Shown here: positions 27,352-39,826 of the stretch, piece after piece
How the letters are laid out: every line of letters begins with the position of its first letter
How positions within the stretch are numbered: the stretch's first letter is position 1
Origin: Octopus sinensis
Lineage: Eukaryota
DNA length: 64,000 nucleotides
Assembly (NCBI RefSeq): GCF_006345805.1
Contig: NC_043008.1
Coordinates: 30,442,001 to 30,506,000, forward strand
Direction: 5' to 3'
The notes under the pieces: model-generated
Seen by the model: only the letters and a program-made list of their open reading frames with translations
What the model was told of the DNA's origin: nothing
Databases searched by the model: none
Made by a program: the position numbers and the translations under genes

Positions 27352-27833
27352 TACAATATTTAATCTTCGGGTTTTTTAAAATATGCTAAGCCACTGGTTT
27401 TAATTGATTAATATCAATTTCTACCCTTATTTAATTATATATATATATACAGAGAGAGGGAGAGAGAGGGAGAGAGAGAAAGAGAGAGAGAAGAAAGAAA
27501 CATTTATCATGATAAAATAATCTTACATAAGATATCAAACGTGTGAACCCTTGAAAAGCATCGCTTCAGCTATTTTTCTGGCTTTATCAGTATTCTATAA
27601 GAATAGTTTAAATATTTACATGCAGAACATGGAACTCTCTTTTAGTGTCCACGGCGAAATTACATTACACGACAGACGAACTGCTAAAATTTTTGAGTAT
27701 ATCTCGTACTATAATTTAGCAAAAAGACTATGCACTGCTGGTATGTTAGTACTTAAATTTGTGTATGCGTGTGTGTGTGCGTTCGTGTGTGTGTGTGCGT
27801 TTGTGTGTGTGCGCGTGTGCGTGTGTGCCAATA

Positions 27834-27838
<5 letters not shown>

Positions 27839-27877
<39 letters not shown>

Positions 27878-27904
27878 TATATATAAATATATATATACAT
27901 ATAC

Positions 27905-27952
<48 letters not shown>

Positions 27953-27958
27953 ACATAT

Positions 27959-27992
<34 letters not shown>

Positions 27993-28016
27993 ATATACAT
28001 AACCACATATATATAA

Positions 28017-28065
<49 letters not shown>

Positions 28066-28080
28066 CATACATATACATAT
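27839..28080. repeat. Long (TA)n/(CA)n microsatellite
   Basis: Direct reading. Other long dinucleotide tracts at 672-820, 30910-31100, 35190-35362, 39130-39207, 47380-47450 and 57311-57680. Tetranucleotide tracts: (GATA)n at 49535-49617 and 55345-55412; (TATG)n at 49958-50155. Confidence 0.98.
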
Positions 28081-30916
28081 GGAAATATATATTTGTGCAT
28101 GTATTTGTACACTACAACGTATATTATGTACTGTTTGTTTAGTTTGTCTTCGTGTATTTTGTATGTGAACGTGTATATGTGCATCTATATGTGCCTGAAT
28201 GAGCGTATCATTATTTTCATTTATTGTTGTTTTCGTGTTTCTTTGCCTCCTTGGTTTTGTCTGCATATCATATATATATTTTGGTTTTTCAACAGTTTGA
28301 TCGTCCATGTTTCTCAGGGCATGTTTGCGAATCAAGTTTTTTATGAGTTACATATAGAGGAATGTACGTATAAACGTTAGTGTTCATGTGTATCTTACTC
28401 CTGTGTGTGTTTCTGGGTGTAGGTCACAGTATATTTTTATGCATACTTTGAAATATTTTTTCTATATATTAATGTTTTGTGTATGTCTATGTCTGTGTAT
28501 ATTTGTATTAGCATGAGTTTATTTGTACTTAAAAATATTGATTTTGTGTTTTGATGTGTATATACTTGTTCCTGTGTTTTTAATATATCTAATGCGTGTA
28601 CCTATCGCCTTGTACATATGCGTATATATGTTTATATATATATATATATTTGTTCGTGTGTGTGTTATTGTGTATATTGTGTGTTGTGAATATTGTGAAT
28701 GTTTAAATGCATGAATAGGTTTATGTATGAACCGGTATATATAAGAGTCCTAAGTATGGAAACATGATTAAGCGTAGTATATGGGATTTATTTTTTTTAC
28801 ATAAGCGCTATTTTGTATTTTCTAAGTATTTCAGAGTGCATATATTTCTGTATTTTCTCAATCCTTATTCAATATATGTGTTTCTCTTTGAGAGTGTCTG
28901 TACGAATGTTTGTGTGTGTAGGTTCTGTTAATATACACTAGTGGGAGTAGTTTTGTTGTAGGATTTTCCAGATTAGATGCAACAGTTTTCTGTTGCATCT
29001 AATCCTACAGCAATATCGTAAAACAGAATTTCATATACACACACCCACACGTCTAAAATAAGAACACTCGCACATAATCAGCATGCATACATACTTGCTG
29101 ATAGATACATTCACAAAATCCATTCTCTAACTTGTATGCATATTAATACATACATGTATATATACATACATATATACACAAGCCTCATACTTTCTTTTCG
29201 ACTGTTGCATTATAGGAAATTTGATAATGGAAGCATCTCGATCGAGAGCTGGTTTCTGTTTTAGAGTATATAAATGTTTATTCGGTAAGAGGTGTTCAGT
29301 CACTGTTATGTGTCCAATGGGAATCTCAAGTAGTGAAAGGAAAAGGCATCTTGTTGCTCTTTGGTTTCTGTTTATCATTTTCTTTTACTGATGTAATCAC
29401 ACAGATGTAGGAGTGCGGAAAATTATGAGTTATATATCAATATCAAGAAAAAAATTAGCAGCATAAATCGAAATTGCACTATTCATTTATGCTTATTTGG
29501 CAATGTTTTCACCCTCACATATGCAGAAATTATACCAATAAGAACAAAGATATGCTACTCGATAGGAAAATTTTGCAGTTGAGGAGCGAATCAGATTTAC
29601 GTATTGGACATATACGCAGAGTAGCAATTCATGGTATATAAACAATTAACTTTGTCAAATATCGGCCTGAATTCGAACATAAATGTATTCACGGGTAGAT
29701 ATTTATCTTCTTAAATCAATTAGCAATTTTAGAAAGATAGATAACATAACTTATTCGGAAGTGTAAGATTTAGGAAGTGTTAATTGTGAGAGCAGCGACA
29801 AATTTACTTTTTATAAAATTATTTCATTCCAAGAGACGATCTTCTTTAAAATTTCAAAAGAACGCTGACGCTAAATGTGTTAAACATGCTACACTTTATT
29901 TCCTGAAAAAGTAAACTTTAATGGAAAATATATAATTAAATAACTACATACAACTATTAGTTAAATAAAGATCAGGTTCTTCTTACGAATTAGCACAACT
30001 ACTTTAATAGGAATTTTTCAAAGATTTTACAGGTGCTATATATTTTCCAATAGAATTTCAACCACTAATTCCACACGATACAATCAAGTATTCGTCAATA
30101 TCTTTAACCGCTAGATTTCAACGGGTAGGGAAACTGCGTAGTAGGAAGTCTTCAGTTTAGCAAACAGTCACGAATGCTAGTTAATGTGCTAAGAATATAA
30201 ACTATCTACTCTACGTTTTCATAATGCGTTGTGCTTTCTCAGAAGCCAAATTGTTGTCTTAGAATGGGAATGAATGCCGTATTTATTTGATAGATAATTA
30301 CATGGAAATGAGCAAGGTGAACAAGTCTAATCAATTATTTAATTACACTCCAATATCATTAGATTAGTTATTGACCATAAAGTCTGTAGCAATTTTTTGT
30401 GCTACCGTGCACGTAATTCATTCTGACGTAAACTGAATATAATATAATAGATATGTTGATGATGTAATGACGGTTTACGTAAATGTAAACTTTGCAATGT
30501 ATAAATATATTTATATATTATATATAAATGCATATGATGCTTTTGTCTATCTGTAGTATGCAGTATTAAAGACGCCACCTTTCTCAAATGCTGTTTTCCT
30601 ATAATAGTTTTAAATATAGAATAAAATGTTAAAAGAATTTATGCAATTTTATTTAGGTAACTACGTATTGTAATTGGTGATGTACTGCAATAACGCAGTT
30701 AATTTTTGAGATCAATTAATTATTGATTTCTTAGGAGGATTACTTTGCAGGACATATACTTACAGAAGAAAGGAGATTATATTATATAGAAGAATAAATG
30801 AGCTTGCAATTGGGGCTGAAGTTGGTGTGTTGTCGGAACACATTGCCATGTTATATATGTTTAGGAAGCATACACTATAATAAAATCTAAAGTGTTATAT
30901 TAACGAATTTTATATA

Positions 30917-31049
<133 letters not shown>

Positions 31050-31071
31050 ATATATATATCTATATTATTTA

Positions 31072-31102
<31 letters not shown>

Positions 31103-32750
31103 GGCGGTGCCCCAGCATGGCCACAGCTCGTGAGCTGAAACTAGATAAATTTGAAAAAATAAAATATGTATATATCCCCAGCACAGGGGATTTCACTCCG
31201 AAAACACTCTTTTCCATTTTTTTTCTCACCACTATTTTCACTAAGCATGTATCATTTGCTCTATTAGTAAGAATGTTATTTACTTCCAGTCACCAGCTCT
31301 GATTAATTGCCTATGCTGCTAGAAGCAATAAGAGACATGAAAGCAAAGGTGACTTTCTGACCGGGTATAAACAGAAACTACTTGAATCATTATCATTCAA
31401 AATACATTTTTAGAGTGTGCTTTTCTTTCGGATTTAACAACCGACCGATTACATATGCATAACCACATTTCAAGCCACCTTTGCGGACAGCCTTGAATAA
31501 AGGCACGTAATTGAAAAAAGCTGATTACAAATGCAACTTCAAATTCTCTATACAGCAGAAACAAGCGTCACTCGTATATAAACCAAGTATGGTGTACAAT
31601 TAACTGTAAAAAAAAGAATAAAAATTAAAAATTTTCTGATGTATCAGTCTGTATTCATTGCAATTATGATATTCTGTGTCAAAGGACATGAGTAAATACT
31701 TTATATTCGCACAGAGAAAACATAATATCAGTTTAATAAACCTATATTTCTAGTGTTCAACACCGGTGAACTGATCTTATTATAAATTACACACACTCAA
31801 CTAAATAGAATGTATCATTTGTTTGACGTATTCATAGTGACGTATGCAATATTTTTCTTTCGTAATCTTGCCTATATATTCGCCTATTCTTTGCCCCCCT
31901 CCCCACTTTTTTTTCGCTGGCCTATTGACTTTTTATCTGAATGTGGCGTAGTTATTCCGAATCTACAATGGATCAATGCTATAAAATTTTATTGTTTGAC
32001 ATGGATGTAACTCTAGCAGAAGGTATACAATATTCTATGGGAATTCTGGAAAGCCTGGTGCAGTTCGTTTTTATGGTAAATGTTCCAAGTAGAATTGATG
32101 CGTATTGCGCAAATGCAGCTTATATCATTATTTATCATGCTTGCTTCACTTAGTCCATTAATAGTTTTTGAAAAGCCATTTGTGTAACTGCTCTCCAGTT
32201 TTCCTATCCTAGCGCTAAAATTAAACGTTATGTTTTATTTATTTAGCAATGTATAATACCATCACCACCATTACTATTACCATTATAACTGGTTACACTA
32301 TTCCATCTTTACTCATGAATAATTAATAATGAATTGTAATACAAAGATTTAATTTATCAAGCAAACCAGGAGCACATCTAAGCAATCATCGGAGCATGAT
32401 AATATCTATATTACAATAAATTCTAATGTTAGTATTAAAAAAAGATATTGGCAAATTTACGGGTCTGTTTGAGCAACATTCATCTATTATTTTGAAATTA
32501 TAATGAATCTAATATTTTCAGCGTCATTCTAATGTACTGTAAAATATAGAAAATCTGAAAATGTACATACATGTAGGCAGTTATGCATTAAGCTACGCTT
32601 ATATATAGTTTCGAATTCGAAGCATTGTGCGTTTAAGGTGATCCTTTCTGTCATACCCACGGATTAACTAGCACGTTATGAGAGGAAAGGAGAAATCAGG
32701 AGACAGAATTGCGTAAAAGCCAATCGTGGGAATATCTATCTAGCTAACTT

Positions 32751-32814
<64 letters not shown>

Positions 32815-32817
32815 ACA

Positions 32818-33137
32818 GGGGCACTCCGTCGGTTACAACAACCAGCTTCCCGGCTGATACGATCAAAGGAACACCTTGCTCATGAAATTAACGTGCAAGT
32901 GGCTGAGCATTCCACAGACATGTGTACCCTTAACGTAATTCTCAAGGTGATTCAGCGTGATACAGAGTGGGATAAGGCTGGCCCTTTTGAAATGCAGGTA
33001 CCACTCATTTTTGCCAGCAGAGTGGACCAGAGCAACGTGAAATAAAGTGTCTTGCTCAAGGACACATCACGTCGCCGGGAATCAAACTCACAACCTTACG
33101 ATCATGAGCCGAATGCCCTAAACACTAAGCCACGCAC
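32818..33137 (-). mobile_element. tRNA-derived SINE sharing the family C head, different 3' body
   Basis: Minus strand gtggcttagtgtttagggcattcggctcatgatcgtaaggttgtgagtttgattcc...gtgtccttgagcaagacactttatttcacgttgctc. Confidence 0.8.
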
Positions 33138-33143
33138 CGTCAC

Positions 33144-33178
<35 letters not shown>

Positions 33179-33199
33179 GTATGTATATATATATATATG

Positions 33200-34496
33200 T
33201 ATATGGCCCCCTCCTTTGCCAACCTAGTCATAGGATACCTAGAGATCAGTCTGTATCGTAAGGTTCTAGAAAGATATGGCAGCCCTTTCTCCATCTACAT
33301 AGAAAACAACTGGAAGAGATATCTAGATGACTGTTTCATCCTTTGGCATAAAAATATAGAAAAACTCATAGAATTCCAGAAAATTTTAAACGGACTGGAC
33401 GTAAACATCCAATTCACGATGGAATATAGCCAACAACAACTCCCCTTCCTCGATATCCTCATTAAGAAAGCTAATAATATAATAGAAACAGACATATACT
33501 ATAAGCCTACAGACTCTAAGCAATATCTTCCATTCAATTCATGCCACCCCAGACACACCAGGATGAATATCCCCTTCAATCTAGCAAAAAGGATATGCAC
33601 TATAGTCTCTAACGCAAACACCAGAGACACACGACTACAAGAACTAAAAGATACCCTAATCACCAGGAACTATCCACCTTCACTTATTGACAAATGCATC
33701 AAGGAACTGAGACATCCCAAATCAAAGAAAAACCTACAACCAAAAGCCTTACCATACATCTCCACACACAACCCTCTCAATAACGAAGCCTTCGACACCA
33801 TCCTCCACAACATACCCCTCCTAAAAAAAGACCACAGAATGAACACAATCCTCCAAACACACACGATCATAAAAAGCAAAAGACAGCCTAGATCCACGAA
33901 AAGTCTCCTTACACAAGCCCGAATTCACTCTTCAACACAGAAGCCGACAGTAAAAAATGTGGAGAGACCCAATTGCGGGATATGCGACTATCTAATCGAG
34001 GGTTCTGGTTCTCCTTCAACAGGGGACAACGTTTTACAGTGAAAAGCAACTTCACATGTGCTTCGGAGAACCTAATATACTCACTAACCTGCTCCGGGTG
34101 TCAAGAGCAGTACATAGGCCAAACAAAAATGGTTTGCGTAAACGAATGGCCCTGCACAGATCCCAGATAAAAATTCCCCAAAACAGAAAATAGCTTTTAG
34201 CCAACACATAGATACTTGCGCCAACAAAAAAAACACCAAACTTCAGAATTTTCCCCCTCTACCAATTTAGGGACGATACAACCTCGAGACAACGAATAAG
34301 TAAAGAAAATCTCTTTATTACAAAATACAAGCCACTTCTTAACGGGTCTACGACAAACAATTAATATACCTCAACTTTAGAATAAAAGAAAAAAATATAT
34401 ATACACACACAAATACTACACTCCATAGAATCCATTACTAATCAGCCCCTTCATAGCTATATTTACACCCATTCATATTCTCCCTTCTCTGTTTTT

Positions 34497-34529
<33 letters not shown>

Positions 34530-35160
34530 ATCATCATCGTTATCATCATCATCGGCATCATCATCATCGCCACCATCATCACCACCATCTTCTCCTTCTC
34601 CTCCTTCTTCTTCTTCTTCTTCATCATCATCGTTATCATCATCATCGTCGTCATAATCATCACCACCATCACCATCATCGTCATCTTCTCCTTCTCCTTC
34701 TCTTCTCTCTTCTTCTTCTCCTTTTCTTCTTCTTCTTCTTCTCCACCCCCTACCCCTACCCCTTAAGTTTGTCACTAATGTTTTTTAGTATAACACCTAC
34801 GCTAATTCTATAAACAAGCCTGTCAATATAAATATTCTCCTGAATTGAACTGAGACTGCCAGCCGCCACTGATCATTCAAAATACGACCATCAGGGCACT
34901 CCCAGATTCTCCCACCCCCTTTCCTCACCAGCTTTCCCTCTACTACCCTACCAAGAACTCACAACTACCTCGAACACACAAGTGCAAACAAGGGAGTCAG
35001 AGAAAGGCAGAATGCCACTTAAATCTGAACACTACTATAGAAATATTCTTTTAAAAAAAACTTTCTTCTAATTTTTCTAAATTTAATTATTTAATCGTTA
35101 CAGTTGAAAAGGTCTCAAAATGACCGAAACCGGTACTGAAATGTTCACTATGAAATTATT
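33200..35160 (+). mobile_element. 5'-truncated Penelope-like retroelement (Neptune-type): RT C-terminus/thumb, Cys-rich linker, GIY-YIG endonuclease, 3' tail
   Basis: ORF 33197-34042 contains MAPSFANL, WKRYLDDCFILW, LPFLDILI, YYKPTDSKQYL..SCHP and linker RPNCGICDY. The frameshifted continuation contains NFTCASENLIYSLTCSGCQEQYIGQT, with the terminal frame ending near 34363. It begins directly after a (TA)n tract. Confidence 0.92.
35098..35141 (+). ncRNA. Degenerate type-I hammerhead ribozyme motif in PLE 3' tail
   Basis: cag-TTGAAAA-GGTC(tcaaaat)GACC-GAA-ACCGGT-A-ctg: stem II, GAAA and palindromic stem III with GUA site are present; core differs from CUGANGA at two positions. Confidence 0.6.
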
Positions 35161-35207
35161 TTGCATTTTCTATTTTTTACTTGTTTTTTCATATATATAT
35201 GTATGTA

Positions 35208-35269
<62 letters not shown>

Positions 35270-35303
35270 CTTATATATATATATATATATATATATATCT
35301 ATC

Positions 35304-35347
<44 letters not shown>

Positions 35348-35501
35348 ATATATATATATATATCTACATTCTTACATATTGAGTGATTCTACCTTTATAG
35401 TAGGAATTAAATTTGTTGTATTCAAGCAAAAATATAGATGCATAGAAATTAAACAACACATATTCAACCCCTTCCCATGCGTTTTCATATATATATATGT
35501 G

Positions 35502-35553
<52 letters not shown>

Positions 35554-36002
35554 CATACAGACAGACAGACAAATAGACATAAACGGACTTATGAATGTAT
35601 ATATATATATATATATATACACATAATATACGCATACACATAGAAAGATACACACATACACATTTACATACACACGATATTACTTGCTTAGACAGACACA
35701 AAACTCATCTTACGTATGTACATATATAAAGATGAAAAACACACGTATGCCTATAAAAAAATAATTAAAACAATTTCTGCGAGGGAAAAACATAATTTTG
35801 GATTTAAAATATGAATACGATTAGAAACTGTTTCGAAAATTGATTTATTCTCACACACAATTTATGCAAAAAGCAAACAAAGCAATTTATGCGTCAGTAA
35901 TTCATAGACATAGAAAAATAAACACACAAACCGCAACATACGCAAATACTCAAATACTCAAAGACACACACACATGTATACACAATATGTATGTATATAT
36001 AT

Positions 36003-36044
<42 letters not shown>

Positions 36045-36109
36045 ATATATCTATATATTTAAATATTTGTTGTGCAAGACTTTTTAGTGAAGTCGTGTGT
36101 TGAACAGAT

Positions 36110-36259
36110 TTGTTATATTTCGGAATGGTCATTTTGCCAGTTTAGCCAATAAAGATTAATGTAAAAAATAAATAACACTGAAGCAAAGTAACACCGAATA
36201 TATAGTGCGTGTGTTTTTATTGGCTAAACTGGCAAAATGACCATTCCGAAATATAACAA
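36110..36259. repeat. Foldback with perfect 44-bp arms, same repeat unit as 39208-39514
   Basis: ttgttatatttcggaatggtcattttgccagtttagccaataaa (36110-36153) is the exact reverse complement of 36216-36259. Confidence 0.95.
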
Positions 36260-36449
36260 TATATATATATATTATATATTTATAATATATATATCTATAA
36301 TATATATATCTATATATATATTATATATATATATATTAGAAGGTTTGGAGATGATGTACAGCTATATATTAGAAGAAATAAGGTGCTCAGAAATCTAGAT
36401 GGTTTATATTTACAGATATTTATAAATATGTCACATGCTTTTATAAATC

Positions 36450-37670
36450 ATATATTAGCGCTTGCGTCCACTGTAGTGGAGTCGTCAGATTGAACTTTTT
36501 CAGGAATTTTGTCTCTTTTTATAGTATTATTGCCTGTGTAGAGGGGGAGAGAGATATAAGATAGAACAAAAGACTGAGGAATGGAAAGAAAGTGAGAGAG
36601 AGTGCGTTTGTGTGTGTGTGTGGTTTTGTATCTGAAAGGAGTGCCAATGGAAAACAGAAGCAAAGGAAGAAGGAAGAGAGGAAGAAGAAAAAATATGTTG
36701 ACATCTTTCCAGCAGGTCAGTTCTTTCAATTGAAAAGGATTCTTGGCTTTTAGACATGGCAAGCCCAGGTGGCCACTTGAAGGGGGCTAAAATATTATTT
36801 TTGAAAAAATTGTCTGGATTTATTTTTATCATTGTCTTGTAAGAGTGTGTGTGTGGGTGCCTCTGTATCTGAAAGGAGCGTCAATGGAAAATAGAAGGAA
36901 AGAAAGAAGGAAGAGAGGAAGAAGAAATAATTGTGTTGACAGCTATACCGCTGTTCAGTTCTTTCAATCCAATGTTTGATTCCTTTGCTGATATGGGCTG
37001 GAGAATCTGGATGTAAGATTGTTTTTATGTATATGTACATATGTGTAGTACCGTGTGTGTGTGTTTGTGTGTGTTTAATACAATTTACTTTACAAAATTG
37101 GTCCTTCATTTAGTACGAATTATTATAGAATGTTCAGCCATTCAGTTTGGGGGAAAACTTTGTTATGAAGTATTTCTCCATATTTTTCCGGAATGAGGTG
37201 TCATTCCTTGAACATTTATAGAAGGGAAAGATCTTAAATTTTCTTTCTCCACATGTATCTAAGTGTTTACTCAGTGGAATCTTTCGCAGTTCCGCCTGTC
37301 GGAGATGTCGGTGAATTCTGGCTCGTTGGCTTAAAGAATTTCCAGTTTCGCCTATATAATTCTCCTTGTATGTGGGACAGGTTATGCAGTATATTACGTT
37401 CTGCGTCTTGCAGTTCAAGTCTAGATTTACTTTGAATATGTGATCACTCTTAAACTTTATTTGTTTGTCTCCCTCTATATATTTGTAGGTGGGGTTACTG
37501 CAGATCCCATATCTACCATCTTCGCACTCTTTTACAAACAATTCGGTTTTAGTCTCTGATGAGAATTTCGCTCTTGTTAGTTGTTTCTTCAGGTTTTTGT
37601 CTTGGCGTTTACTGTTTTATATGCAATATTTGTTTAATATGTTTCCCATTTTGGGGATTTGTAGGACTAT
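36450..37670 (-). mobile_element. 5'-truncated Penelope-like retroelement (Neptune-type), GIY-YIG portion plus 3' tail
   Basis: ORF 37134-37541 (-) contains LNCKTQNVIYCITCPTYKENYIGETGNSLSQRARIH...HLDTC...FKIFPFYK...EKYFITKFSPKLNG*. Upstream degenerate SKRQDKNLKKQLTRAKF matches the PLE linker seen in the other copy (SKRQPRSTKSLLTQAR). Confidence 0.9.
36452..36493 (-). ncRNA. Degenerate type-I hammerhead motif in the second PLE 3' tail
   Basis: Minus strand: CTGACGA-CTCCAC(taca)GTGGAC-GCA-AGCGCT-A; intact CUGANGA, 5-bp stem II, palindromic stem III, GAAA changed to GCAA. Confidence 0.55.
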
Positions 37671-38581
37671 TGGCGTTGTCGTGCAGCAGAAGAACTCTAT
37701 GTTGACGATTAGCTCTTTTCTCTTGAATAGCCGTGTTGAGTCGTTTTATCTATTGAACATAGAGTTCCGCGTTGACCATTTCAGTCCGTTCAAGCAATTC
37801 ATAATGGATAATCCCTTCCCAGTCCCACCATATGCACAACATCGTTTTACGCGGTTAAAGATCTTGTTTTAGGCGCGGTGTCGCTTGTTTACTGGGGTTA
37901 AGTCATTCCTTACACTGTTTCATATTGATGTACAGGCAGAATTTTCCGTCGCTAGTAACGATTCGGTAAAGAAATCGTTGCTTGTATCCATGAGTTGATC
38001 GGCGACAAGCAAGCAAACCAGCGGATATTGTGGCTCGTTGAATTTTGTTTCTATCACTTGAAGCATGCGGAACCCATGCTACATACTTCTGAAACTTTCC
38101 CATCGAGTGAAGGTGCTTCTCTATAGCAGTGTGGGAGCATTCTATTTTCTCTGCCAGTTCCCTTTCGTGCAAAAGTTGGTTTAATCGCTCTCCATCGAAC
38201 TCAACTGGAAGGCCAGAACGAGGTGCGTCTTTGAGGTCAAAATTTCCATTTTTGAACTTGGTATACCAATCAAGAGCGGTTCTTTCAGCTATGGCACCCT
38301 CTCCTCACACAGCACAAATGTCGTGAGCAGCTTTTGCGGCCTTAGAACCTTGATTGAAAGCAAAAAGACGGAGATGTCGAAAATGCTTGTTTTTCTTAAG
38401 TTGTTATTCCATTTTAATGATCTGAAAATAAACAAACAATAACTAAAATTAACAAGAAAAAAATAGATTCCAAAATGATTCATAAATAGAATTGTCGAAA
38501 AAAATAGATACCAGAATTTAAAAACGCAATAAATCCCAAAAATAAAAAAAAAACCGCGGTAACTTAGTTGCCAAACCAATA
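37671..38581 (-). mobile_element. Mariner transposon remnant: 5' TIR and degenerate transposase from the start codon to HDNA
   Basis: TIR-like tattggtttggcaactaagtt at 38561-38581 (-); ATG at 38410-38412. Fragments across frames: HFRHLRLFAFNQG, WYTKFKNGNFDLKDAPRSG, AWVPHA, RIVTSDGK (RIVTGDEKW), TMLCIWWDWEGIIHYELL, LLLHDNA. Contains stops and frameshifts. Confidence 0.9.
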
Positions 38582-39154
38582 GATAATATCGACTACAAAG
38601 AAGTTTTGTAAACATATTGATATTATCGAAAGGAGTATGATTCATAATTTAAATAAGGAAATGTGTGAACTTTGAATGCATAAGAGCTTAAACAGGTGTA
38701 AACAACTAAAATAAAAGTATAACTAAATAACATTTTTTTGTGCTAATACTTTTAATGCAGTGAACGAAGGAAAATCTGGCTTTCGTTAGAGAAGTGGTCC
38801 ACATAACTATTCATGATACAGAAGCTGGAAACCAATTTCAGTTCGGGATTTAATCGTCATCACATGTTACTTAGTCGCAAACACATGCCATATAACTGCA
38901 ATAGAATACTGTATCACCAACAATAATGTTATCTATCACACAGTACTCTATCAAGCCTATTTACACATTTCTCAATACATACTGTTATTATGACTTCCCT
39001 CCCCCATTTTGTAACTCCAACGTAGATGGGTAGATTTGCTAGTATATACAATTGTGTTGTGCGTGTGTACGTTCATAAGTAATGTGTTTATGTGTACATA
39101 TATAAATATGGTGGGTGTACATACATATGTATATGTATAAATATATATATATAT

Positions 39155-39207
<53 letters not shown>

Positions 39208-39214
<7 letters not shown>

Positions 39215-39514
39215 ATTTAGGAATGGTCATTTTGCCAGTTTAGTCAATAAAAACACACGCACTATATATTTGGTGTTACTTTGCTTCAGCGTTATTTATT
39301 TTTTACATTAATCGTATCTTATTTCGGCCAGAGTTCTTTCGTCACACTCCTGTGACCGCATCAGTGGTCCTTTGTTGACGAAAGAACGCTGGCCGAAATA
39401 AGATTAAGATTAATGTAAAAAATAAATAGCACTGAAGCAAAGTAACACCAAATATATAGTGCGTGTGTTTTTATTGGCTAAACTGGCAAAATGACCATTC
39501 CTAAAATACAACAA
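39208..39514. repeat. 307-bp palindrome adjacent to (TA)n with approx. 30-nt central loop
   Basis: ttgttgtatttaggaatggtcattttgccag...ttctttcgtca mirrored by tgacgaaagaac...ctggcaaaatgaccattcctaaaatacaacaa. Confidence 0.95.
39328..39367 (-). ncRNA. Hammerhead-like motif at the centre of the 307-bp palindrome
   Basis: Minus strand: CCA-CTGATGCG-GTCAC(aggagt)GTGAC-GAAA-G-AA-C-TC-TGG; type-I topology with variant core. Confidence 0.5.
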
Positions 39515-39565
39515 TATCTGTTTCAACACACGACTTCACAACAAATATTTAAACGTATATATAGC

Positions 39566-39596
<31 letters not shown>

Positions 39597-39600
39597 GCAT

Positions 39601-39643
<43 letters not shown>

Positions 39644-39789
39644 CATATATGCATACATATAAATATAAAGATAGATAGATAGATAGACATATCCATATAT
39701 ATGCATGTATCTATAAGTGAATACAAGCGTACACATGTGTATGAAGTTATGTGTAATATATATTTCTCCCTCCCTCCTTCTCTCTCTCG

Positions 39790-39826
<37 letters not shown>

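Noticed and set aside
29570-29700. Segment that at first looked like the missing Ig1 half-domain
   Set aside because: The frame hits TAA after WYINN, and there is no DxGxYxC motif.
37489-37872. 127-aa plus-strand ORF
   Set aside because: It is antisense to the mariner/PLE junction.
36110-39514. Recurrent ggaatggtcattttgccag unit considered as a CRISPR-like repeat
   Set aside because: The copies are inverted, irregularly spaced and in eukaryotic repeat context; there is no repeat-spacer periodicity and no cas genes.
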